From contig JADFJB010000001.1 of assembly GCA_022566355.1 (NCBI GenBank), positions 234 to 64,233 on the forward strand: DNA of 64,000 nucleotides, read 5' to 3'. Shown here piece after piece: positions 39,070-48,786 of this stretch; positions within the stretch are counted from its first letter, which is position 1; every line of letters starts with the position of its first letter. The translations under genes were made by a program, and so were the position numbers. The DNA is from Candidatus Zhuqueibacterota bacterium (GTDB lineage Bacteria; Zhuqueibacterota; JdFR-76; DREG01). The notes beneath the pieces are model-generated. The model worked only from the letters and a program-made list of their open reading frames with translations. It made no database searches and was not told the DNA's origin.

Positions 39070-40509
39070 ATGGTAAGAAAATTATTTGTTTTACTGCTGA
39101 CACTTTTATTCATCTCATGCGCTTCGGCGCCGTCAAAACAAGATATAGAAACTGGGGTAACTGCTCCGACTAGCTGGCAATATTCTTCAACCATTGCTGC
39201 TGAAATCGATTCTGCATGGTGGACTGAATTTAACGATCCTCAACTGAACCAGGTTTTGGATGAAGCCTTCAATAAAAATTACGATCTAACCATTGCTGCT
39301 GCTAATTTTCATTCTGCAGCTGCCCAGGCAAGGATCGCCGGCGCTCCACTTTACCCACAAGCGAATCTTTCCTTTAACGGCGCCAGAAACAAACAAAATT
39401 TTATTGGATTTCCTATCCCTGGCGCCGGAGGCAACGTCTTAAGCAGCACAACGACTTCATTCGGTGTCTCGATGAATGTAAGCTGGGAGCTCGATTTATG
39501 GGGACGATTGCGATCGGATAAGGCAGCGGCTGTAGCTCAACTTCAAGCAACTCACGCTGATTTTATTGGCGCGAGGCTTTCTTTAGCTGCCCAGGCCAGC
39601 AAAAGCTGGTTTGCTGCCATTGAAGCAAAACGACAGATGGAATTATCGCAGGCTACGGCTGATAGCTGGCTCACATCTTATGAACGAGTTCAAAGACGCT
39701 ACGAAAATGGCTTGACCAGTTCCCTGGATCTTCGTTTGTCTCGAGCCAATCTGTCTATTGCAGAAGCCAACCTCAGCGCCAGAAAATCCCAGTATGAAAA
39801 TGTGTTACGGCAACTTGAAATACTCTTGCGACGATATCCTTCGGCAAGTATGGAAATAAACCGTGAACTTCCGGAAACATCAAGAGAAGTTCCAACTGGA
39901 TTGCCAGCCGACCTGGTTTCACGCCGACCTGACCTGGCGGCTGCGGAACGACGTTTAGCTGCATCTTATGCCGGCGTTTCAGGCGCTAAAGCTGCACTGC
40001 TGCCGCAAATCAGTCTTACAAGCTCCGGAGGAACTTCCAGCAATCAGCTTAACGATTTATTAAATGGAAATTTTAGTGTTTGGAGTATTGCCGGTAGTTT
40101 GTTGCAACCTATCTTTCAAGGCGGGAGATTGCGTGCGAATGTCGATCTCGCTAAAACCAAAACTGAGATTGCCCTGGCACAATACCAACGTGCCCTTCTG
40201 AATGCCTTTGCTGAGGTTGAGAATGCCCTGGCTAACGAGAAGTACTTAAATGAACGGCAGGTTGCTTTAAAAGAAGCAACGCGACAATCTACAGCGGCCC
40301 AGGCTCTGGCAGAGTCACAGTACAATCGGGGCTTAATCAATTTCGTAACCATGCTGGAAACCCAGCGAGCAGCCTATGACAATGAACGGCAATTGCTTAC
40401 CGTCCGCCGGCAGCGCCTTGATGCAAGAATCGATCTGTACCTGGCGCTGGGTGGTGGTTTTACAGTCAACAAAGACAAACAGATTCAAGATCAGGAGAAT
40501 CCGTTATGA
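39070..40509 (+). CDS. RND efflux outer-membrane lipoprotein, NodT family
   Basis: Lipobox LLFISCASAP, two TolC-like repeats, NodT-type length of 479 aa. Confidence 0.85.
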   Translation: MVRKLFVLLLTLLFISCASAPSKQDIETGVTAPTSWQYSSTIAAEIDSAWWTEFNDPQLNQVLDEAFNKNYDLTIAAANFHSAAAQARIAGAPLYPQANLSFNGARNKQNFIGFPIPGAGGNVLSSTTTSFGVSMNVSWELDLWGRLRSDKAAAVAQLQATHADFIGARLSLAAQASKSWFAAIEAKRQMELSQATADSWLTSYERVQRRYENGLTSSLDLRLSRANLSIAEANLSARKSQYENVLRQLEILLRRYPSASMEINRELPETSREVPTGLPADLVSRRPDLAAAERRLAASYAGVSGAKAALLPQISLTSSGGTSSNQLNDLLNGNFSVWSIAGSLLQPIFQGGRLRANVDLAKTKTEIALAQYQRALLNAFAEVENALANEKYLNERQVALKEATRQSTAAQALAESQYNRGLINFVTMLETQRAAYDNERQLLTVRRQRLDARIDLYLALGGGFTVNKDKQIQDQENPL

Positions 40510-41711
40510 AGGAAAAGAAGAAATTTGTTCTACCTATATTGGTGATTTTTGTTAGCATCCTGGGTGCAATCGTGATTGTTGCATCCAGACCTGAAGTTAA
40601 GCCCTTACCTCCTGAGGTCTCAAGAAAAATAATTCGAGCGCAGAAAGTGTACAAACAAAGCGTTCAAATGGTAGTCAAATCGCAAGGAACTGTAGTACCT
40701 CGAACAGAAAGTGTACTGGTTTCCCAGGCGGCAGGGCTTATCATTGCCGTCTCGCCATCATTCGTTGTAGGTGGATTCTTTGAGAAAGGAGATGTTCTGG
40801 TTTCTCTCGATCCACGCGATTATGAATTTGCCCTGACACAGGTAAAACATCAAGTTGCCCAAACCGAGTTATCTTTGGAAATTGAAGGACAGGAAGCCAA
40901 GATTGCAAAAGAAGAATGGCATCGTTTAAATGATGGCCAAGCGCCTCCGTTGGTTGCCAGGGAGCCGCAGGTGAACCAGGCTCGCGCAGCGTTGGAAGCT
41001 GCTAAGGCAGGTATGTTGCAGGCCCAGCTCAATCTTGAACGAACCCAAATTCGAGCGCCGTTTTCAGGGCGGGTACGCAATAAGCATGTAGACGTTGGCC
41101 AGTACGTTACTCCCGGTTTGGCGGTAGCTAAGATTTATGCTGTTGATTATGTAGAAGTTCGTCTCCCCATACCCGATGAAGAACTTGCTTATGTTGACAT
41201 TCCTTTGGATTTTCGTGGTGCAAAAACGAACCACAAAGGGCCAATAGTAATTCTGAAGACGCGCTTCGCAGGTGAAGAACATGAATGGCAGGGCTATATC
41301 ACCCGGATTGAAGGAGAGATCGATGCACGCAGCAGAATGATTCATGCGGTCGTCCGGGTTGAAAATCCCTATAGCAAAAAACCCAACTCAATTAGGCCTC
41401 CATTAACAGTCGGGATGTTTGTGTATGCGGAAATCGAAGGGAAATATGTAGATGATTTGTATGCGATCCCGCGTGCTGCTCTTCGAGATAATGGCCAGGT
41501 CCTGATTGTGGATGCTGATGAGCGCTTACGATTTCGCAACGTTGAGCCATTTCGTTTCGATTCTGAAATTGTATATATTCGTTCAGGGCTGGAAGACGGA
41601 GAGCAAATTTGCATTTCGACACTTCAGGCAGTCGTCGATGGTATGCCGGTTAGTGTACTAGAAGAAAAAGTTTATGTAGGTAAAGAAACAAAATTAGAGG
41701 AGACCAAATGA
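40506..41711 (+). CDS. efflux RND periplasmic adaptor subunit (AcrA/HlyD-like)
   Basis: N-terminal TM, coiled-coil hairpin and beta-barrel domains. 4-bp overlaps on both sides. Confidence 0.85.
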   Translation: MKEKKKFVLPILVIFVSILGAIVIVASRPEVKPLPPEVSRKIIRAQKVYKQSVQMVVKSQGTVVPRTESVLVSQAAGLIIAVSPSFVVGGFFEKGDVLVSLDPRDYEFALTQVKHQVAQTELSLEIEGQEAKIAKEEWHRLNDGQAPPLVAREPQVNQARAALEAAKAGMLQAQLNLERTQIRAPFSGRVRNKHVDVGQYVTPGLAVAKIYAVDYVEVRLPIPDEELAYVDIPLDFRGAKTNHKGPIVILKTRFAGEEHEWQGYITRIEGEIDARSRMIHAVVRVENPYSKKPNSIRPPLTVGMFVYAEIEGKYVDDLYAIPRAALRDNGQVLIVDADERLRFRNVEPFRFDSEIVYIRSGLEDGEQICISTLQAVVDGMPVSVLEEKVYVGKETKLEETK

Positions 41712-44700
41712 ATCGTGCCATAGAGTGGTTTGCTCATAACCGGGTAACGGCAAATCTTCTAATGATTGCCATTATTGTGGCTGGTGTTATATCTCTGTCA
41801 CAAATAAAATTGGAAGTTTTCCCGGAGTTTTCTGCAGATTTGATTAGGGTCTCGGTAGCCTACTTAGGCGCTGCTCCGGAGGAAGTGGAGGAAGGTGTCT
41901 GCGTCCGAGTGGAAGAAGCGATTCAAGACCTTGAAGGAATTAAGAAAATCACTGCAACAGCATCGGAGAATATAGGTACTGTTGTGATAGAAGTTGAAAC
42001 CGGTTATGATATTAGGAAATTGTTGGATGACATCAAATCCCGTGTAGATGCCATTACTACTTTCCCAAGGGAAACCGAAAAACCAGTGGTCCAGGAAATA
42101 CTGAACCGCCGACAGGTTATCAACGTAGCCATTTCGGGCCAGGCGGATGAGAAAAGCCTTAAATTTCTCGGGGAGCGAATCAGGGATGAAATTAGCGACT
42201 TGCCGGAGATTAGTCAAGTGGAATTAACCGCTGCCCGGCCTTATGAAATTGCCATCGAAGTATCTGAAGAAGCATTGCGCCGCTATGGACTCACTTTCGA
42301 TGAAGTGGCCCAGGCAGTTCGATTGTCTTCTTTGGATCTACCTGGTGGTTCGATTAAAACCAGTAGCGGTGAAATATCATTACGGACTAAAGGGCAGGCT
42401 TATCGCGGTCAAGAATTCGAAAATTTGATCTTGCGTACTTCAGCGGATGGAACGCGACTGAAACTGGGAGATGTTGCAACTATTGTCGATGGTTTTGCAG
42501 AAAGCGATCAATTTTCCAGGTTTAATAACGAACCTACGGTTCTGGTTCAAATTTTCAGAGTAGGAGAAGAAAATGCCCTAACAGTAGCCAATGCTGTAAA
42601 AGAGTATATCGCAGAAGCGCAATTGCGAATGCCGGAAGGAATCCACCTCACCACCTGGCAAGACGACTCGCTGCTGCTAAAAGATCGACTCAATTTACTT
42701 CTGCGTAACGGGCGCAACGGTTTTATATTGGTCTTTCTGGCTCTTGCATTATTTTTAAGATTAAGGCTGGCATGGTGGGTGACGGTAGGGATGATCATCT
42801 CGTTTTTTGGCGCATTTTGGGTGATGCCCAATTTTGATGTCTCCATCAATATGATCTCATTGTTTGCCTTCATACTGGTACTCGGTATCATCGTTGATGA
42901 CGCAATTATAGTGGGAGAAAATGTTTATACACACCTGGAACAAGGTAAAAGTAGTTTAAGAGCGGCCATTGAAGGAGCACAAGGGGTCGCAGTTCCTGTG
43001 ACCTTTGCCGTATTGACTACAGTAGCTGCATTTTCGCCTTTGCTTTCCGTTGCTGGTTTCATGGGAAAAATTATGAGAGTTATTCCCATTATTGTTATTG
43101 CTACACTGTTATTTTCCCTGGTTGAATCGTTGCTAATTTTGCCGGCCCACTTGTCTCATCTTCATCTCAAGAATAAAAAAAAACCAAGCTGGGGTTTAGC
43201 AAAATGGTGGGATAAATTTCAGGAGGGATTTGCCGTAAAATTACGCTACTTCATTAATGTACATTACCGCAATATTCTGGACCTGGCTTTGCGCTGGCGC
43301 TATCTTTCCATTTCCCTGGGTGTCGGGATGCTCATTCTTACCATTGGCCTGGTTGCCGGAGGCAGGATAAAATTTACTTTCATGCCCCAGGTTGAGGCTG
43401 ACAATGTCGTAGCCCTCTTAACCATGCCCCAGGGAACATCCGCTGATGTTACCGCCCAGGCGGTTAAGGTCCTGGAAGAAAACGCCCTAAAACTGAAAAA
43501 CGAATTTAAAGATGGAGACAGCACGCCAATTCAGCACATTCTGGCTTCGGTTGGCTCCCAACCGTTTCTTACTCGACAAATGAATCCTGGCGGTCCCAGC
43601 ACAAGTACATTTAGTGGTTCCCATCTTGGTGAAGTAAACCTCCAGTTGTTTTCCTCTGAAATCCGTGATGTAACCAGCCCGGAATTAGCGCAACGATGGC
43701 GTGAGTTAGTCGGTACTGTGCCGGATGCTGAAAAATTGATTTTCTCCTCGTCATTGTTCTCTGTGGGTGAAGCGATCAATTTTCAATTAGCGGGTGCAAA
43801 CTACGAAGAGCTCCAGCTAGCCGCGAATGAACTCAAAGCCCGGATTGGTGAATACCCCGGAGTTTTTGATATTTCAGACTCGTTTCGGGGTGGGAAAAAA
43901 GAGATCAAACTCAAAATAAAACCCGAAGCTGAAGCACTCGGACTTTCTCTTTCCGATCTGGCGCGGCAAGTGCGCCAGGCATTTTACGGTGAGGAAGTAC
44001 AGAGAATTCAACGCGGTCGTGACGATATTCGTGTCATGGTTAGATACCCGGAGAACCAGCGAAAATCTTTGGGTGATCTTGAGAATATGCGTATTCATAT
44101 ACCTGGCGGGGGAGAAGTTCCGTTCCATATCGCGGCAGAAGTCCAACAAGGCATCGGCTTTGCTTCCATCAACCGCACTGACCGCAAAAGGACCATCAAC
44201 ATCACGGCAGATGTTGACTTAAGCAAAGCAAATGCCAACGAGATTGTCGCCGACATCAGCGCAAATGTGATGCCTTATCTGCTGGAAAAATACCCGGGCT
44301 TAAGTTATTCCCTTGAGGGTGAACAATCCGAACAGCAGAAGACCCTTGCCGGCTTGGGACGAGGATTTTTGTTTGCCTTGCTGATCATATATATTTTGCT
44401 TGCCATTCCTTTTCGCTCATATTCCCAACCTTTCATCGTGATGAGCGCTATTCCGTTTGGATTGATTGGTGCAATATGGGGTCATGTGTTTATGGGATTG
44501 AATTTAACCATCCTTTCCGGATTTGGCGTGGTTGCATTAACCGGTGTAGTGGTTAATGATAGCTTGTTGATGGTTGATTTCGTCAACCGGGCAAGGGCAT
44601 CAGGACTGCCTCTTCATGAGGCCATCCGGGAGGCTGGGGGTTCTCGTTTTCGGCCGATCATGCTAACCTCATTGACCACTTTCGCCGGACTTACACCACT

Positions 44701-44893
44701 GCTCCTGGAAAGAAGCCTGCAGGCACAATTCCTGATTCCAATGGCCATTTCGCTTGCTTTTGGTGTCATGTTTGCGACTTTGATTACGCTGATATTAGTG
44801 CCTTGTATTTACCACATTCTGGAGGATGTGAAAGTAGGGTTGGCTAAGGGTTGGAGAAGAGTTCGAACTGAACCGGAATTGGTTGAGGTATGA
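41708..44893 (+). CDS. multidrug RND permease (HAE1, AcrB/AcrD/AcrF family)
   Basis: 1061 aa. MNRAIEWFAHNRVTANLLMIAIIVAGV N-terminus and 12-TM two-porter-domain organisation. Confidence 0.9.
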   Translation: MNRAIEWFAHNRVTANLLMIAIIVAGVISLSQIKLEVFPEFSADLIRVSVAYLGAAPEEVEEGVCVRVEEAIQDLEGIKKITATASENIGTVVIEVETGYDIRKLLDDIKSRVDAITTFPRETEKPVVQEILNRRQVINVAISGQADEKSLKFLGERIRDEISDLPEISQVELTAARPYEIAIEVSEEALRRYGLTFDEVAQAVRLSSLDLPGGSIKTSSGEISLRTKGQAYRGQEFENLILRTSADGTRLKLGDVATIVDGFAESDQFSRFNNEPTVLVQIFRVGEENALTVANAVKEYIAEAQLRMPEGIHLTTWQDDSLLLKDRLNLLLRNGRNGFILVFLALALFLRLRLAWWVTVGMIISFFGAFWVMPNFDVSINMISLFAFILVLGIIVDDAIIVGENVYTHLEQGKSSLRAAIEGAQGVAVPVTFAVLTTVAAFSPLLSVAGFMGKIMRVIPIIVIATLLFSLVESLLILPAHLSHLHLKNKKKPSWGLAKWWDKFQEGFAVKLRYFINVHYRNILDLALRWRYLSISLGVGMLILTIGLVAGGRIKFTFMPQVEADNVVALLTMPQGTSADVTAQAVKVLEENALKLKNEFKDGDSTPIQHILASVGSQPFLTRQMNPGGPSTSTFSGSHLGEVNLQLFSSEIRDVTSPELAQRWRELVGTVPDAEKLIFSSSLFSVGEAINFQLAGANYEELQLAANELKARIGEYPGVFDISDSFRGGKKEIKLKIKPEAEALGLSLSDLARQVRQAFYGEEVQRIQRGRDDIRVMVRYPENQRKSLGDLENMRIHIPGGGEVPFHIAAEVQQGIGFASINRTDRKRTINITADVDLSKANANEIVADISANVMPYLLEKYPGLSYSLEGEQSEQQKTLAGLGRGFLFALLIIYILLAIPFRSYSQPFIVMSAIPFGLIGAIWGHVFMGLNLTILSGFGVVALTGVVVNDSLLMVDFVNRARASGLPLHEAIREAGGSRFRPIMLTSLTTFAGLTPLLLERSLQAQFLIPMAISLAFGVMFATLITLILVPCIYHILEDVKVGLAKGWRRVRTEPELVEV

Positions 44894-44963
44894 GGTTGAT
44901 TGTTACAATAATTCTTTAGCAAGATTTCTTAGAATTACAACATCACTATTTTTCAGGCATTCC

Positions 44964-45369
44964 TTAGGTTATTATAGCAATCTGAATCAAAATTCCCAGG
45001 TAACTTGAAGCTTTTACCTGGTGTTCAGTCTCTTCAGGACCTTCCAAATTGTTATGTATTTCATGAGTGCTTTTTCCGATAAGGAATAGACCCCCAAAGA
45101 TCAGAATTAAGTCCGTCCTGAGATGTCATTTGCAAAAATAGTAAAAAAAGGTTTGGTTAAGCCCATCACCCAGGTCAATGAGAGGAGTAATAAAATTCGC
45201 GTAATCATCGCCAGGCTAAGTCCAATTATTCTGGCTTGATTTCTTTGGCTGGAGGGTAAACGTCCAACTAGGATTGATATAAAAATGATATTATCGATGC
45301 CGAGGACAATCTCCAAAGCTGTAAGTGTTGTAAGGGCAATCCATGTTTGGGGTCAATTAACCAATCCAT
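44964..45369 (-). pseudogene. terC: terC-family membrane protein remnant (two frameshifts, 3' truncated)
   Basis: MDWLIDPK.. then a frameshift into ..TWIALTTLTALEIVLGIDNIIFISILVGRLPSSQRNQARIIGLSLAMITRILLLLSLTWVMGLTKPFFTIFANDISGR. A second frameshift leads into DLILIFGGLFLIGKSTHEIHNNLEGPEETEHQ... Ends after ~135 aa, whereas full TerC is >220 aa. Confidence 0.65.
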
Positions 45370-45470
45370 GTTTTACGCTCCTATTCTCAATTCTTTCTAC
45401 AATCTGATTATTTCCTACCCCTAATCTTTGAAAAGAGTAACTTAGCGATTCCGTAATAGGGAAGAATAAA

Positions 45471-45671
45471 TCATAATATTTGTCTCTTTTCAAAATTTAA
45501 TTTGGAGATTATTCCGTCACAATGGTTACAAAAAAATGCGGTCCATGTATTTTCCTGAATACGCCCATCAGTAATTGCCGGTTGCTGCCAGATTTCGATC
45601 AAATGTGGGTTAACTACATGACAATGGGGACAGGTACTCGAACGAGATGAAACAATTAATTTCATAGTCAT
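45471..45671 (-). CDS. small zinc-ribbon protein (CPHC...CNHC), hypothetical
   Basis: 66 aa with two CxxC pairs. 20 bp downstream of the 184-aa hypothetical on the same strand. Confidence 0.4.
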   Translation of the reverse strand: MTMKLIVSSRSSTCPHCHVVNPHLIEIWQQPAITDGRIQENTWTAFFCNHCDGIISKLNFEKRQIL

Positions 45672-45690
45672 TTCTAAAGAACCTTGTCAT

Positions 45691-46245
45691 TTATTTTTTT
45701 GAAGTAATATCTAATATTGAATCCGTAGATCGTTTTGCAATATGTTCAATCTCTATATAATGCTGACAGGAACCCAGTAAATTGATATATTTCAAATCCA
45801 GTTCCTCCACCATCGTCTTTAATTCCTTTGAATCGGGAAACACGTAATCACAATCTGGTTTAATGGATCGAGCTTGCTCGATTGTTAAATGAATGAGATT
45901 CAACACGGCGTTTAAATTCTCAAGCACTTCATCCTGTTGCAGCACATTCGCCCGACCTCTTTTTGTTTGCAATCCCGTAAAAAGACTTTTGATATCATCC
46001 CAATATTTTGCATAAGCTGAATCGACTACTTTCTCATCCAAAGCACGGGTATAAACCACATTCATGGCGATCTGGTTTAGCAATAATCGAATAACATTAA
46101 TACCTATTAATAATTCGATTGTGATCGCGGTTATCTCCGCATGAAGAGGGGATTTTTTATGTAAGTTACTTATTTTATGGATACAATAAAATAGTACTAT
46201 TGACAGTGCAATTAAGTCAACAATCAATTCCGTAGTAGAAATCAA
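45691..46245 (-). CDS. hypothetical membrane-anchored protein
   Basis: 184 aa with one N-terminal TM and a helical remainder. Confidence 0.45.
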   Translation of the reverse strand: MISTTELIVDLIALSIVLFYCIHKISNLHKKSPLHAEITAITIELLIGINVIRLLLNQIAMNVVYTRALDEKVVDSAYAKYWDDIKSLFTGLQTKRGRANVLQQDEVLENLNAVLNLIHLTIEQARSIKPDCDYVFPDSKELKTMVEELDLKYINLLGSCQHYIEIEHIAKRSTDSILDITSKK

Positions 46246-46603
46246 TTTATTCAGCTTTCATTATAAATGTTTTCTTACAAAAAATCTATACCTAATAGTA
46301 CCAAATAATGATCAAAAAAAAACCTAACCCAAGCAACGCATCCTTGCTTAGATCAGGCTTCCATGTAAACAACCTTTTTTGCTTCACTGCAAATGAATAA
46401 AAGAACAATTTGAGACACTAATTATAATGATCAGAATTAACAAAGTCAAGGGGAAAATGAATTTGATAGGATTGGACTTTGTCAGTACCTTTCTTAATAT
46501 GCTCAAATTTTATAGTTATCTCTCTATGATCTAGTGGAATGATTCCAAAAATAACGTGTGTTTCAGAATAAACATAAATGAATTGTTAAATTCTGATTAT
46601 AAA

Positions 46604-46730
46604 GTGTCATCAGCCACCCTGAGCGCAGTCGAAGGGTGACGAGTTTTTGTTGTCATTGAACTTAATGGCTATTAATGACAAAGTGTCTTAGACAGCAGCT
46701 TTAAGCATAATGGTTGTCATTGAATATTGC
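46604..46730. repeat. structured intergenic repeat, divergent copy C
   Basis: tgtcatcagccaccctgagcgcagtcgaagggtgacga shares the cctgag.g.agtcgaagg core with copy B. Followed by gtcattgaa direct repeats. Confidence 0.35.
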
Positions 46731-46775
46731 GATGATAATTAGGAATCGTTTAACTAGTATTGCCGTGGCAAAAAT

Positions 46776-47237
46776 TCAGGTTAGTTGATATTCAGTAGTG
46801 ATTTCAATCGCTTTATGCAAAGATTTATAAACCGGACAGTAATCTGCGTGCATACTATGAACGCGTTCGATCGTTTCTTTAGCCTCTTTTGTTGCAGATA
46901 TCCTATAGAGTACATGAATACGCCGAATAACAAGGACATTGTCTTCTAATTCAACTTCTCCCCTGACTTCCGCAGTAAGCTTCTTATTGCTAGCATCAAC
47001 TTGACGCGCTTCCAGCGCGCTTCCAAAAGTTCCGGTGAGTCAGCCGCCGGTTGCTGCGATCACATAATCTATGGTTGTTGCTTGTGGTTCGGAGATATCC
47101 GGACTGATCCCGTAATGCTTGGCGATATCACCGTGCACACCAAACTTAACCGTTTGGTTTACTGGCAGATAGGCTGTACGTAATGGCCCGTGATGGCGTT
47201 CGATTTGTATTTTTGAGACATAGACAACATCTGGCAT
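46776..47237 (-). CDS. osmC: OsmC-family peroxiredoxin-like protein with in-frame TGA at the conserved peroxidatic Cys (candidate selenoprotein, or point-mutated pseudogene)
   Basis: Track ORF 47040-47237 ends IDYVIAATGG-TGA. The same frame continues LTGTFGSALEARQV...HSMHADYCPVYKSLHKAIEITTEYQLT* to 46776. The C-terminal ...CPV..L...EIT..YQL is colinear with E. coli OsmC (..AGCPVSQVLKAEITLDYQLKS), and the TGA aligns with ..AAAHAG-C-FSMAL. Confidence 0.7.
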
Positions 47238-47410
47238 TTTGACCTCCGATTCATATTCGTGTTTATAAAATTTACTTTTTTGATAAAAACATCCTGAACT
47301 TTTTTATGGCGAAGTAAGCTAGCTAAAACCATCTAAACTGTCAAGTAATAAGTTAACAATTTAGAAGCCTCTTCGGTTAAGGCTTGATTATTGGTTCTTT
47401 GAATTTGTAA

Positions 47411-47450
47411 TTTATTTGGTATTTGGTATTTGGTATTTGGTATTTGGTAT
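47411..47450. repeat. heptanucleotide tandem repeat (ggtattt)x5 in OsmC-like upstream region
   Basis: tttggtatttggtatttggtatttggtatttggtatttggtttttgtcttttgtg. Confidence 0.8.
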
Positions 47451-47471
47451 TTGGTTTTTGTCTTTTGTGAT

Positions 47472-48524
47472 TTAATAGAAATTATCCACATCAAACACAT
47501 TCTTCATGGGTTTATTAGAAAGGAATCGGTTTAGATTATCGCAGAACAGATCGGTCAATCGGCGGTTCTCGCGATCACTGGTACTGGCGGAGTGGGGACT
47601 GATCAACACATTTGGCATTTCCCATAAGGGGCTATTTTCCGGTAGCGGTTCGTTCGCAAAAACATCGAGACAAGCACCACCCAACTGACCGGACCGTAAT
47701 GCTTCAATTAAATCGGGTTCATCCACCAACGCACCCCGTCCGATATTAATAAAAATAGCGCCTCGGGGCATTAACGAAAATTCTTCCGCCCCCAGCATGG
47801 CATCGGTTTTATCCGTATGTGGTGCGCATAAAACCAGGTAGTCGGCCGATCTTAAAGCGGAGTGAAGTTCGTTGGGAGCATAAAGACGATCCATGTTGAG
47901 GGCAGAAGGATCGATGCCGGAAATTCTCCGCTTTACGCCAATCACATACATGCCTAGCGTTTTGGCACAACGTGCGACTTCTGAACCAATTGCACCTGCG
48001 CCGATAATAAGCAGGGTTCTCTCAACCAGGTCGGTTCCGGCAAAGCGCTGCCAGTGTTTGCGCTTCTGGCCGTGAGCCATGGTAAAAAATCCCCGGCTGA
48101 ATAGCGTCATAGCCATTACACAAAATTCGGTGAGTGGCTGTGCATGAATTCCAGTTGCCGTTGTTATTACAGTGTGGGGCAAACGAATATGGTATTGCCA
48201 GCGTTTTACGAGCTGTCCGATTCCGGCACTAGTGGCTTGTATCCAGAGAACATGAGGGGCCAATTCAGGTAAGTCTTCAAGATGGGTGCGGTCAAAATCA
48301 AATAATATATCCGCTCTTTGTAAAAGTTTTTGCCAACGGTTTTCCTGGTCAGGTGTCCTTGTAAATGGATTGCCAATATGGTCAGCAGCATAACGAGGAG
48401 TGGGAAGCAACTCCGGTTCATATAGTACATTCAACCGTTTGCTGACAGATCGAATTCGATCCACATGCTCTTCTTCCAAGTAGCTGGCAATGACTAGATT
48501 CAATATGGATTTGTCTGAAAGCAT
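47472..48524 (-). CDS. D-isomer-specific 2-hydroxyacid dehydrogenase family protein
   Basis: Rossmann GAGAIGSEVARCAKTLGMYV. Catalytic R/E/H context (NIGRGALVDE...SPHSA). Confidence 0.85.
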   Translation of the reverse strand: MLSDKSILNLVIASYLEEEHVDRIRSVSKRLNVLYEPELLPTPRYAADHIGNPFTRTPDQENRWQKLLQRADILFDFDRTHLEDLPELAPHVLWIQATSAGIGQLVKRWQYHIRLPHTVITTATGIHAQPLTEFCVMAMTLFSRGFFTMAHGQKRKHWQRFAGTDLVERTLLIIGAGAIGSEVARCAKTLGMYVIGVKRRISGIDPSALNMDRLYAPNELHSALRSADYLVLCAPHTDKTDAMLGAEEFSLMPRGAIFINIGRGALVDEPDLIEALRSGQLGGACLDVFANEPLPENSPLWEMPNVLISPHSASTSDRENRRLTDLFCDNLNRFLSNKPMKNVFDVDNFY

Positions 48525-48553
48525 TCGTTTATGGGGTTAATTAACTCGATCTA

Positions 48554-48745
48554 TTCATAAACTTTGTCACTGGTTTATAAAACTGTCATTCCCGTCCCGC
48601 CTGGGCGGGATTATCGGGAATCTTGTTACACAGGCCCATAGACCCCCGATAAAAGCACTCGGGGGTGACAATTTTGGGGTTCTCGGACACCCCGAAAGTA
48701 TTCGGGAACTACACTCTGTAGCATCCTGCGCGACGGGATGACATT
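48554..48745. repeat. structured intergenic repeat, copy D (long form)
   Basis: ~85-90% identical to copy A over ~130 bp with a 20-bp GC-rich insertion (gtcccgcctgggcgggatta). Outer inverted repeat tgtcattcccgtc ... gacgggatgacat. Confidence 0.7.
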
Positions 48746-48786
48746 GGATGTTTTAAGCTTAAACAGATCGCAGTTTAAAATCAAAT

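Noticed and set aside
32692-47042. Three in-frame TGAs (osmC-like, four-helix-bundle gene, STAS copy 1) raised the possibility of genome-wide UGA reassignment (code 4/25-like).
   Set aside because: Several well-supported genes terminate in TGA with sensible C-termini (10031-11125, 11232-11750, 19169-20716), so UGA is a stop in this genome. Only the osmC TGA sits on a catalytic Cys and is kept as a Sec candidate.
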